Position numbers and translations under genes: made by a program. Of a stretch of 64,000 nucleotides of DNA, positions 50,055-62,129 are shown piece after piece. This DNA comes from Octopus sinensis (taxonomy: Eukaryota): positions 14,508,001-14,572,000 of the forward strand of contig NC_043023.1 of assembly GCF_006345805.1 (NCBI RefSeq), in the 5' to 3' direction. The first letter of the stretch is position 1. Each line of letters starts with the position of its first letter. A model generated the notes under the pieces. That model did no database searches and was not told the DNA's origin. It worked only from the letters and a program-made list of their open reading frames with translations.

Positions 50055-51540
50055 ACATTTCTTTATTGTCCACAAGGGGCTAAACATAGAGGAGACAAAC
50101 AAGGACAAGGGATTAAGTTGATTAGATCGACCCCAGTGCGTAACTGGTACTAAATTATTGACCCCAAAAGGATGAAAGGTAAAGTCGACCTCAGCGGAAT
50201 TTGAACTCAGAAAGTAAGGGCAGACAAAATACTTATATATATGTTTCTTTATTGTCCACAAGGGGCTAAACATAGAGGAGACAAACAAGGACAGACAAAG
50301 GGATTAAGTTGATTAGATCGACCCCAGTGCGTAACTGGTACTAAATTATTGACCCCAAAAGGATGAAAGGTATAGTCGACCTCAGCGGAATTTGAACTCA
50401 GAAAGTAAGGGCAGACAAAATACTTATATATATGTTTCTTTATTGTCCACAAGGGGCTAAACATAGAGGAGACAAACAAGGACAGACAAAGGGATTAAGT
50501 TGATTAGATCGACCCCAGTGCGTAACTGGTACTAAATTATTGACCCCAAAAGGATGAAGGTAAAGTCGACTCAGCGGAATTTGAACTCAGAAAGTAAGGG
50601 CAGACAAAATACTTATATATATGTTTCTTTATTACCACAAGGGGCTAAACATAGAGGAGACAAACAAGGACAGACAAAGGGATTAAGTTGATTAGATCGA
50701 CCCCAGTGCGTAACTGGTACTAAATTATTGACCCCAAAAGGATGAAAGGTAAAGTCGACTCAGCGGAATTTGAACTCAGAAAGTAAGGCAGACAAAATAC
50801 TTATATATATGTTTCTTTATTGTCCACAAGGGGCTAAACATAGAGGAGACAAACAAGGACAGACAAAGGGATTAAGTTGATTAGATCGACCCCAGTGCGT
50901 AACTGGTACTAAATTATTGACCCCAAAAGGATGAAAGGTAAAGTCGACCTCAGCGGAATTTGAACTCAGAAAGTAAGGGCAGACAAAATACTTATATATA
51001 TGTTTCTTTATTGTCCACAAGGGGCTAAACATAGAGGAGACAAACAAGGACAGACAAAGGGATTAAGTTGATTAGATCGACCCCAGTGCGTAACTGGTAC
51101 TAAATTATTGACCCCAAAAGGATGAAAGGTATAGTCGACCTCAGCGGAATTTGAACTCAGAAAGTAAGGGCAGACAAAATACTTATATATATGTTTCTTT
51201 ATTACCCACAAGGGGCTAAACATAGAGGAGACAAACAAGGACAGACAAAGGGATTAAGTTGATTACATCGCCCCCAGTGCGTAACTGGTACTTTATTTAT
51301 CGACCCCGAAAGGATGAAAGGTAAAGTCGACCTCGGCGGAATTTGAACTCAGAAAGTAAGGGCAGACAAAATACTTATATATATGTTTCTTTATTACCCA
51401 CAAGGGGCTAAACATAGAGGAGACAAACAAGGACAGACAAAGGGATTAAGTTGATTACATCGTCCCCAGTGCGTAACTGGTACTTAATCTATCGACCCCA
51501 AAAGGATGAGAGGCAAAGTCAACTTCAGAATTTGAACTTA
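50055..51540 (-). repeat. 191-bp tandem array of headless SINE B units, about 8 near-identical copies
   Basis: CATAGAGGAGACAAAC at 50085, 50271, 50462 onward. Confidence 0.92.
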
Positions 51541-51988
51541 GCCTTTGTAACAGTGGATATTGTCAGGCCAAAGAGGAGGCTTTTTGATTTGCTAAAAATA
51601 GCAGCCGAATCTACATAGAATCGTGTGGAGACAAACACCACTCGCAAAAAGAAACGAACTAGACTTTACATCACTACAATATATTTTAGCAGCCTACAGT
51701 GACCCACTTCATTGAATTCCTTCTCCCCTATAAGTGGGCCAATGAAGAGGACCTGCATTAATAGCTTACTCGATTTTCTAAAAACAACAGCCAAATCTAC
51801 CTTGCATGAAAACTGAAAACTAATATAAGCTTAAAAAAGAAAAATCTTATGATTTTTACACCATTTCAATTGTGGTAAGAAACTCTCAAGGGAGTTGAAT
51901 AGCAGGTCTTCAGAGAAGATCCTCGCCCCGCCATCTGCCCTCAAGTGTTTGGGCCCTTAATTTTTTACAGTCTGAGGGGGTCATGCCG

Positions 51989-52294
51989 GGTACTACGTAA
52001 GAAGAGTGGTCCCGGTGCGTGCACTAGCATACTCGTGCATCTGTGCTTGGTAGTCGTGACTAGTCGATCCTACAACGACTACCTAGCAAAGTAAATAAAA
52101 CAAAATAAATAATTCTTTTACACGAAGTGTAGGCGCAGGAGTGGCTGTGGTAAGTAGCTTGCTAACCAACCACATGGTTCCGGGTTCAGTCCCACTGCGT
52201 GGCATCTTGGGCAAGTGTCTTCTGCTATAGCCCCGGGCCGACCAATGCCTTGTGAGTGGATTTGGTAGACGGAAACTGGAAGAAGCCTGTCGTA

Positions 52295-52361
<67 letters not shown>

Positions 52362-52684
52362 AAGTGTGTGTATATGTTTGTGTCTGTGTTTGTCCCCCTA
52401 GTATTGCTTGACAACTGATGCTGGTGTGTTTACGTCCCCATGACTTAGCGGCTCGGCAAAAGAGAGCGATAGAATAAGCACTGGGCTTACTAAGAATAAG
52501 TCCCGGGGTCGATTTGCTCGACTAAAGGCGGTGCTCCAGCATGGCCGCAGTCAAATGACTGAAACAAGTAAAAGAGTAAAGAGTAAAGAGAAGTAAATAA
52601 AACACAAAAACAAAGTAAGGATCGACTAGTCACTACTTGCTAGCGCGGATGCGCGCACCGGGACCACTTTTTTAAAGTAGTACC
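51989..52684. mobile_element. MITE with long imperfect TIRs and nested SINE A (52128-52590)
   Basis: GGTACTAC..AGTGGTCCCGGTGCG..GTGACTAGTCGATCC inverted at both ends. Confidence 0.7.
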
Positions 52685-52859
52685 GTTGACCTCGGCTGAA
52701 TTTGTACAACTAAATGCGGAGATTCTTTAAAAACGAAAACAACAGCAAAATAAATAAATAAATAAAAGACAGAATGGTCATGCCTGGAACACTTTTGATC
52801 ATAAATCTACAAGATTAGGCTTGTCCTACGCTTAAAGAACCCGCCACAAGCGGACTTGT

Positions 52860-53010
52860 GCGGTATGGTGGCTTAAGTTACAGAAGCATAAATGGTAATT
52901 CCAAACCAAGGACTGGAAGAGGAAGGCCTTCCCTTAGGGGCCAGCCCAGAGTCGAGAACAGTGGAAGAAAGCCATCAATGACTTATGTTCCGTGGGGATC
53001 AAGGGCTTAA
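52860..53010 (+). mobile_element. Degenerate RTE-like LINE C-terminal remnant (related copy 56060-56300)
   Basis: AQSREQWKKAINDLCS and AHYREQWRKFLGGL resemble RTE terminal A-x-x-R-x-x-W-R motif; nucleotide similarity between the two. Confidence 0.4.
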
Positions 53011-53095
53011 TTAATATTTGTTTTATGTTAAGTTATAAAAACAATTTTATATTAATCTGATGGGTTACTCTATTCTTTTGTAGAGAAAAAGCATC

Positions 53096-53487
53096 TTTTC
53101 CTTTTGAATGGCACTTTGTAACATAATTTCTAGGTAACTAAAAAGTTTTAAACTTCGTATACTGGTAGAATGTGTTATAAAACATCATTTTCTCTTGGTT
53201 TTATTGACACGCGTAACAAATTAATTTAACAATTAAGAAAAAAAAAATTTAGGGTTAGGGTTAGTGACAGGATGTTGTCTCAGTTTTAGACGCAGCAAAT
53301 GATTTTAGCTCAATTAGAGGCGATTCATTGGTTAAAATTCTAAAAATTAAACTACGTTAAACAAACGAATTACAATTTTATCAAGAAAGCCAAGAGAAAA
53401 AAATGTTTTATTTTGACACATTCTACCAGTATACGAAGTTTAAAAGTGTTTAGTTAACTAGAAATTGTGTGCCGTTCAAAAGGAAAA
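53096..53487. mobile_element. MITE with about 110-bp TIRs
   Basis: TTTTCCTTTTGAATGGCAC..CTTCGTATACTGGTAGAATGTG inverted. Confidence 0.75.
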
Positions 53488-53559
53488 AATCCGAGAAGAA
53501 ATTTATTATTCTTATACAAGAATATTGTTGACAGTGACTTCGAAGTTAATACTTTATAC

Positions 53560-53745
53560 TACGAGGGGATGTTGAAAAATTCCTGGTTTTAGATGAAAGA
53601 AAAAAAATACACGAGGATCAGTTAATTATGATTTTATTTAACATTTTATTCAGATCCACACACATATTGCAGCGGCCCTTCTGTTTTTCTAAGTCCTGTA
53701 AAAAAACTCGGAAGGTTGGGCCTCCGACCAGGCCTTTCGGGGCAC
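53560..53745 (+). mobile_element. Mariner-like element left end
   Basis: TA-CGAGGGGATGTTGAAAAATTCC terminus resembling mariner TIRs. Confidence 0.5.
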
Positions 53746-53750
53746 CAGCA

Positions 53751-54166
53751 ATCTTTCGTCTCTAGTAGACCTTTCCGTCGATTTCCGTAAAAAATTTTTT
53801 TTTTTTTTAGATATGGGCTTGCGTGAACTTTTGAAGTAATGAGAGCGAAAGAGACTAAGAGAAAGCGATTGTATGACGAGGGAAGTTCTTTTGAAGTTAC
53901 CGTGCATGGCAAGCATTGATGTACATGTGTGTGTGTGTGTGTTTGATGGGGTGCGGGAGACAGACAGTATGTTGTGTAAGTGAAGTGCTTCTGTTAGTGT
54001 GTGTGAAGAGACAGAGTAATGTGTGAAAGAAAGAGATAACTGAAATTTTTTACTCGGTGTATGTGTATATGTATGTATATTACTTCAAAAGTTCCCGCAA
54101 GCCCATATGTAAAAAAAAAAAAAATTTTACGGAAATCGACGGAAAGGTCTACTAGAGACGAAAGAT
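53751..54166. mobile_element. MITE with about 90-bp TIRs
   Basis: 53751-53840 inverted at 54079-54166. Confidence 0.8.
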
Positions 54167-54379
54167 CGTCGGGGCACCTTTTAAAATCAGGAACTTTCCA
54201 GCAAACCTCGTGTGAGTGTGTGTGTGTACATATTCAGAAGTCAAACACGTATAATAAATAAACAAACGGACATACATTTTGCTTTTAGGTTCAATTATAA
54301 TAAAAACAATTTTACATTAATCTGATGGGATTACTCGATACTTTTGTAGAATGCAAATTAATTATTCTAATAGTGTCAA

Positions 54380-54775
54380 CAATGGAGTAGCTGTGTGGTA
54401 AGTAGCTTGCTAACCAACCACATGGTTCCGGGTTCAGTCCCACTGCGTGGCATCTTGGGCAAGTGTCTTCTGCTAAAGCCCCGGGCCGACCAATGCCTTG
54501 TGAGTGGATTTGGTAGACGGAAACTGAAAGAAGCCTGTCGTATATATATGTATGTATATGTATGTATGTGTCTGTGTTTGTCCCCCTAGCATTGCTTGAC
54601 AACCGATGCTGGTGTGTTTACGACCCCCGTCACTTAGCGGTTCGGCAAAAGAGACCGATAGAATAAGTACTGGGCTTACAAAGAATAAGTCCCGGGGTCG
54701 ATTTGCTCGACTAAAGGCGGTGCTCCAGCATGGTCGCAGTCAAATGACTGAAACACGTAAAAGAGTAAAGAGTAA
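54380..54775 (+). mobile_element. SINE family A
   Basis: Full head and tail. Confidence 0.85.
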
Positions 54776-55082
54776 TGATTTCAAATTTATATATATATAT
54801 ATATTTATATATATATAAATGGAGTTAAACGCAGGTGTTATTTATATATATTGTACAAAAAATTCCACGTAAACCTGAAATCTCTACCTTTAAAAACAAG
54901 GAGTTACACCCTTTTTACTTGTGTGATTTTTTTGCTACCCTGGTAACTATTTATCTATTTTTCCCTGTTAATTGTTAACAAGGGGAAAATACACACAACT
55001 ATCTATCTATATATCTATCTATCTATCTATCTCTACATATATATATATTAGAAGGTTTGGAGATGATGTACAGGTATTATAT

Positions 55083-55244
55083 ATTAGAAGAAATGAGGTG
55101 CTCAGAAATCTGGATGGTTAGACTCCACTAGAATGGACGAAAGCGCTAATATATGATATATGATTTATAAAAACATGTAACATACTAATAAATATCTGTA
55201 AATATAAAACCATCCGAATTTCTGAGTACCTCATTTCTTCTAAA
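55083..55244. mobile_element. Small TA-embedded MITE
   Basis: TTAGAAGAAATGAGGT.CTCAGAAAT..GGATGG TIRs; solo TIR at about 59948-59985. Confidence 0.7.
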
Positions 55245-55245
55245 A

Positions 55246-55277
<32 letters not shown>

Positions 55278-55459
55278 TGTGTACAGTGCTCAGGTGCACT
55301 ACAACTCATCTATATATATATATATTTCTTTACTACCCACAAGGGGCTAAACACAGAGGGGACAAACAAGGACAGACAAAGGGGTTAAGTAGATTACATC
55401 GATCCCAGTGCGTAACTGGTACTTAATTTATCGACCCCGAAAGGATGAAAGGCAAAGTC

Positions 55460-55506
<47 letters not shown>

Positions 55507-56549
55507 CACACACACACACTCATGAGTTTAATTCAGTATTTATCATAACTGTCCGACGAACGGGAACGTGAAACTCAGAGTAAGTTCTGTGATAATTTTG
55601 CAGTTTTTATATATATACGTGTGTGTGTGTGTGTGGGGGGGGGGGGATAAAAACTACGAGAAGTTCTCTCGTGGTAAACAACGCAGTATTCCTTGTTCTG
55701 ACACAACATCCACTTTTAAGGGGTGATAAATATACCTTTTGGCATTAATATTTCTTCTGTCACTATTAATTATTTTACACATAGACATATATACATATAT
55801 ATACACCGTAATGTACAAAACTTGTTGCGGTGTGGCAGCTTTTGTGCCGCTATCTCCCTCAGAGCTAGCTATACCTATTTCTTTACTACCCACAAGGGGC
55901 TAAACACAGAGAGGACAAACAAGGACTGACATACAGGTTAAGTCGATTATATCGACCCCAGTGCGTAACTGGTACTTATTTAATCGACCCCGAAAGGATG
56001 AAAGGCAAAATCGACCTCGGCGGAATTTGAACTCAGAAAGAGCTAGCTATACCAATAGATCGCAAGTCCCTGGCAGGCCCCTACAGTAATGGACAAGTGA
56101 AAGGAGAGAAACTAGACAAATATGGATTACCCCCTATGTATGAAAAAAAGGTCCCAAAACAGAAGCAAAGTTACAAAAGCATCGATGATAATTCAAACCC
56201 GACAAGATCCGAGGGAAGGAAGGTTTTTACTCGGGGGTACGGCTCATTATCGAGAACAGTGGAGAAAATTCCTCGGTGGCCTACCAAACGGCTTGAGTAA
56301 GTATATAGAGATCAACAAAAACGATGTTTGCTTTATCATAAACTTACAAGGAAAACAAAAGGATGTTGTTTATGTGGTCTCTGATTGTGGTTTTGTTTTT
56401 CCCATCCTGTATTACATCGATGTGTTAGAGGGCAGTTGTCAGAACAAGGAAAAACTAAAGCAGAGTTTCCCAACCTATTTCTCCCTTGGCCCCCACTGTA
56501 ACTTTCCAGAAAAAGGTATGCCCTACCGGTGATTGGAAAAAAAAACACC

Positions 56550-56755
56550 TTTACTCTTTTACTTGTTTTAGTCATTTGACTGCGGCCATGCTGCAGCACC
56601 GCCTTTAGTCGAGCAAATCGACCCCGGGACTTATTCTTTGTAAGCCCAGTACTTATTCTATCGGTCTCTTTTTGCCGAACCGCTAAGTGATGGCGACGTA
56701 AGCGCACCAGCATCGGTTGTCAAGCAATGCTAGGGGTACAAACACAGACACACAA

Positions 56756-56788
<33 letters not shown>

Positions 56789-56845
56789 CACATATATACG
56801 ACAGGCTTCTTTCAGTTTCCGTCTACCAAATCCACTCACAAGGCA
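56550..56845 (-). mobile_element. SINE family A (truncated)
   Basis: Tail plus partial head. Confidence 0.8.
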
Positions 56846-57149
56846 TGTTTAATAATTCATAATTATATACTTTGCTTACAAAAAACATACACATCAGGGC
56901 ATTAGAATAGCGCTTGTCTGTATAAAGAAATATTGTCTGTAGCAAACCATCTTCACACAGAATGTTTGGCCGGTGTAGTATGTTTGTTGTGAAAAATAGA
57001 TTTTCGTAATTCCATGTCCCAATTAAAATAAAAGGAAAACAAAATTGGAACCCCCACCCACCACAATTTTCTCAGATCCCACCTTGGAAAAACCACTGAA
57101 CTAAAAGCAAACAAGCTCGCTTCGATGAAGGGTGGAATTCTGGTTTAAA

Positions 57150-57685
57150 CACCCCCATTTAAATATATATATTATATATATATATTATACACACATATAT
57201 ATATATATATACATGTATATACATATTTATACACACATATAATATACATGTATATATATATTATACACACATATATATATATATACATGTATATACATAT
57301 TTATACACCATATATATATACATGTATATATTATTTATACACACATATATATTATATAATACATGTAATATATACACACACATATAATAACACACACATA
57401 TATATATATACACACACATATATATATACAACACAACACACATATATTACACACACACACACAATATATACACAACACACACACACATATATACACACAC
57501 ACATATACACACCACACACATATATACACACACACACACACACTATATATACACACACACACATATATACACACACACAACATATATACAACACACACAT
57601 ATATATACACACACACACATATATATACACACACCACATATTATATACAACACACACACACATATATATATATTATATATATATA
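57150..57685. repeat. (TA/CA) microsatellite mosaic
   Basis: Directly visible. Confidence 0.95.
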
Positions 57686-57806
57686 CTCAAAGAGCAATAA
57701 AGATTCAAGTTAATTTAAAAAATTTACTTGAATATGGTACCTAACTTAGATGCACCAAAAAAAAACTATACTGATTTAACAATACAGTAATGTGGGGTGA
57801 TTATAA

Positions 57807-58254
57807 GCGAGAAAGAAGCAACAAGAATGGATAGGTTTTTAGTACGATCGTTTCATACAAGGACAGGTTTTATTAAAAGTTGCAAGATTACAGCATATAA
57901 ACGAGTCCCGTACTCATCAGCTAAAATACATGTAAGTTCTCTAGACATCCTAGTGTTTGAGGCTATACTCATGAAGTAATGTAGATAATTAAACAGATTT
58001 CTAAAGTTCATATCTGTGATAAGACTATACATCATCTTTAAAGAACTTTAATGAACTTTAGAAATCTGTTAATTATCTACATTACTTCATGAGTATAGCC
58101 TCAAACACTAGGATGTCTAGAGAACTTACATGTATTTTAGCTGATGAGTACGGGACTAGTTTATATGCTGTAATCTTTGCAACTTTTATAAAACCGTCCT
58201 TGTATGAAACGATCGTACTAAAAAACCTATCCATTCTTGTTGCTTCTTTCTCGC
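57807..58254. mobile_element. Foldback element/MITE: about 205-bp near-perfect arms, 39-nt spacer
   Basis: 57807-58011 inverted at 58051-58254; TA-rich flanks. Confidence 0.88.
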
Positions 58255-58879
58255 GTATATATATATATATATATATTACAAAACTATTTTGGAGTTTTCT
58301 AAAAAATTTTGCGAAGTTAATCACACAAGGATTCATACTATTATGAAAAACAAATTTAAAAAAGATTTCAATAATCCACCCGCATAAATCCTAAAATTTC
58401 CACTCTTTTTGGAATTAAAAAAAATCCAGCCTTTAAAATATGGACAGTCCGGATATCCTGCTTAAATCCCAGCAATGGATCACTCTTGGGTGCATCATCA
58501 TTCCATTAAATGTGTTTACGGGGAGAAAAATATTGAGAAGCATCAACACAGGTCAGAGTGACTAAGAATCGAGGAAGGTATCAGGTGGTCGTGAGACGTG
58601 CTAAAAACAACAGCTAAATCGCCCTTAAAAATCATGCACAAAATAATTTTTGTCACAATCGCATGAACTCCCGTGTGTAGAACACAAATTAACAAAACAA
58701 TTTCTGAAAATTCCTCAAATAGTTATGGGGAGTTATATTAGGCAATCACACACACGTATATATATATGTTATAATGATAAGGGTAAAATTAATTAATTAA
58801 TTACTAATTAATAATTTTACCAAGCAGTGTTCAGTATGTAAAAGGACCATTTTACGGTAAATTTAAACATTATTTTATA

Positions 58880-58987
58880 TAATTAGGGTTCAGCAAAAAA
58901 AGTAGAGGAAATAGCTAGATTTTTTGGCTGCTATTTCTAAAAAGTTCGGTGTGTGATAAAGCAACATTTTTTGCTGAACCCTAATTA
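58880..58987. mobile_element. 108-bp MITE with 21-bp perfect TIRs
   Basis: TAATTAGGGTTCAGCAAAAAA / TTTTTTGCTGAACCCTAATTA. Confidence 0.7.
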
Positions 58988-59020
58988 TATATATATACGT
59001 ATATACATACATACATATAT

Positions 59021-59052
<32 letters not shown>

Positions 59053-59648
59053 GTCTATATATATATGTCATTATATATGTATATATATATGTATATATAT
59101 ATGTCTCTCTCTATATATGTATATATATATATATGTCTATAATATATATTATATATATGTCTCTCTCTATATATATGTATATATATAGGTATAATATATA
59201 TATATTATATATATATATGTCTCTATATATATTATATATATATGTCTCTATATATATATATATGTCTCTATATATTATATATATGTCTCTTATATATATA
59301 TAGTCTCTATTTAAATATGTATATATATATATATTATATATATAATATTTGCATATATATTATGCATATATATATATATGCATATAATATATATATGTAT
59401 ATATATATGCATATATATATATATATATGTATATATATATGCAATATATATATATTATATGTATATATATATGCATATTATAATATATATGTATATAATA
59501 TGCATATTATATATATATATATGTATATATATATGCATATATATATATATATGTATATATATATGCAATATATATATGTATATATATATGCATAATATAT
59601 ATATATATGTATATATATATGCATATATATATATATATATATAGATAA

Positions 59649-59691
<43 letters not shown>

Positions 59692-59716
59692 CTAGCTAGA
59701 TAGATTTACACGTACA

Positions 59717-59759
<43 letters not shown>

Positions 59760-59845
59760 CACACACAATCACATATACATATACGTACATACATACATAC
59801 ATGTATATATATATATAGATATGTGTGTGTGTATATATATATGTG

Positions 59846-59882
<37 letters not shown>

Positions 59883-59945
59883 TATATATATATGTGTGTG
59901 TATATATATATGTGTGTGTATGTATATAATATAGATATATATATA
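58988..59945. repeat. About 950-bp (TA)-dominated low-complexity tract
   Basis: Directly visible. Confidence 0.95.
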
Positions 59946-60040
59946 TAAAACCATCCGATTTTCTGAGTACCTCATTTCTTCTAATATATATACACATATA
60001 TATACATATATATGTGTGTTATGTATGAGAAAAAGTTTAC

Positions 60041-60230
60041 CTGTGTTGTTGATGGGTCCGATCTGCAGCGGCTGTGTCCGGCCGCGGCTGCCTGGATGAA
60101 GGCGTGCACCTCTCGTGGCAAGGCAAGGGCAGCAGACAGAGGGAGGCGGCCAACAGCATGTAAACAACCCAGAGACGAGATCGCATTGACATCGCCACCA
60201 AACAACAAATGTGATCGGCGGTTGCTAGCA
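60041..60230 (-). other. Probable first (5'UTR/uORF) exon of CEP131; upstream boundary unknown
   Basis: GC/CpG-rich island between microsatellites, strong CAG|GTAAAC donor at 60040, promoter motifs nearby; no ATG seen in the CEP131 frame. Confidence 0.55.
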
Positions 60231-60233
60231 ACC
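60220..60233. promoter_or_regulatory. RFX X-box-like palindrome GGTTGCTAGCAACC
   Basis: Perfect 14-bp palindrome fitting GTNRCY/RGYAAC half-sites at the 5' end of a centriolar-satellite/cilia gene. Confidence 0.6.
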
Positions 60234-60490
60234 ATAAAGTCACATGATACACAACACACCTCTCTCTTCGCTTGTGCGAATGTGAAGCGCCGTGCGTAGT
60301 ACGTCACCGAAACGTGGGGTAAGCGATTGTGCCGTGGCCGTGGATGCGTGCGTCTGTGTGAGAGTGCGCGTACGTGTGTCTGTGTGTGTGTGCGTACGGC
60401 TTCTGTGTATGTGTGTGTCTGTGGTGACGGTGCACGAAGTGGCGACGATGGTTGGGTTGTGGGGGAAGGGGTGGTGAAGTACAGTAGTTC

Positions 60491-60504
60491 TGACGTCACT
60501 TCCG
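60491..60504. promoter_or_regulatory. Overlapping CRE+ETS composite TGACGTCACTTCCG (reverse CGGAAGTGACGTCA)
   Basis: Full CRE palindrome overlapped by an ETS core, about 260 bp upstream of the X-box. Confidence 0.6.
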
Positions 60505-60509
60505 TTTTG

Positions 60510-61770
60510 TCACACACATACACAATCCCACACACATACAATCACACACATACACAATCACACACACATACACAAACACACACATATATGTGTACAGGCA
60601 TAATACAATCACACACATACACAATCACACACACATACACAAACACACACATATATGTGTGTACAGGCTTAATACAATTACACACAAGCATATATATATG
60701 TACGCACACACACACAAATAGTTATACACATATAATGTCCACATACACACACATATATGTGTGTACTGGCACAATACACTTATACACACACAAGCATATA
60801 TATATATATATATGTACGCACACACACACAGTCATACACATATATATGTACGCACACACACACACAGTCATACACATATATATGTACGCACACACACACA
60901 CACACAATAATCATACACATCTATATATATATACGTCCACATACACACATACATACGTATAGCCATATCTATTTCTGTATATACGTTTATGTATGTATGT
61001 GTGTGAACGCATAAACGCACAGATCCTATGAGTGCATATACACAGATTGATTCTGCGTATATGTTTTATAGCACACGTATACATATATATTAATATATGT
61101 ATGTAAGAGGGAGAAAGAGAAAAATAGACAGGGAAAGAGAAGAATAGAGAGAGGGAAGAGAGAGAAAGAAAGAGAGAGCGAGAAAGACAGAGAGAGAGAG
61201 AGAGAAAGAGAAAGACAGAGAGAGAAAGGGAGAGAGTGAGAAGAAAGAGAGAATCAGAGAGAGAGAGAGAGAAAGATAGAGAGAAAAAGATAGAGAGAGA
61301 AAGATCGAGAGAGAAAGACAGAGAGAGAGAGAAAAAGACAGAGAGAGAGAGAGAAAGAGCGAGAGAGAAAAAGAAAGAGCGAGAGAGAAAGAAAGCGAGA
61401 AAGAGAGAGAGAGAGATACAAGCAGACAGACAGCGACTATAATTATTTGTTGTCTCTGCTTCTTCCTTCTCCGTTACCACCACCACCATCAGCACTAGCA
61501 CTACCACCACCATAAACACAAGTACTACCACTATCACCACCGCCACCACCACCACCATAAACACAAGTACTACCACCATCTCCACCACCACCATAAACAC
61601 AAGTACTACCACTATCACCACCACCACCACCACCACCATAAACACAAGTACTACCACCATCTCCACCACCACCATAAACACAAGTACTACCACTATCACC
61701 ACCGCCACCACCACCACCATAAACACAAGTACTACCACCATCTCCACCATCACCACCGCCGCCACCACTA
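60510..61770. repeat. (CA/TA), then (GA), then CCACCACCATAAACACAAGTACTA minisatellite tracts
   Basis: Directly visible. Confidence 0.9.
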
Positions 61771-62129
61771 TTCTTGCCTTGCTCCCTTCCTGTAACAGTT
61801 ACGCAAACAACTTCCGCCAAGCTCTGTCTGTCTGTCTCCGTCTGCACTAATTTTGCCCTTTTAATTTTCTTTTCGGCTCATTTTTTTTTTTGTCTTTGAT
61901 TTGTATATTTACTTTTGCTAAACATTTTTTTTAAAAATGCTGTTTAAACCAGAAATCGTTAAGCAGAACATTATTCTGCTAAAAATCTTTTTTTTTACCC
62001 TTAAGGTAATATCACCCTCCCCACCAACTTCAAAATATATTAAAAACTAATTTAATTCTCATCAATAAAAATTAAAAAAATTATCAATAATTTTAAAGTT
62101 ATACACAAATTTTTACGAAATTTTATTGG

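Noticed and set aside
53241-53254. AGGGTTAGGGTTAG telomere-like stretch
   Set aside because: Only two units, internal to a MITE
56097-56320. Possible plus-strand exon with GTAAGT donor
   Set aside because: Similar to 52860-53010 and to RTE C-terminal motifs; LINE remnant more likely
61443-61847. 134-aa Gly-rich minus ORF as CEP131 N-terminus
   Set aside because: Minisatellite translation upstream of the promoter-like island; no splice support
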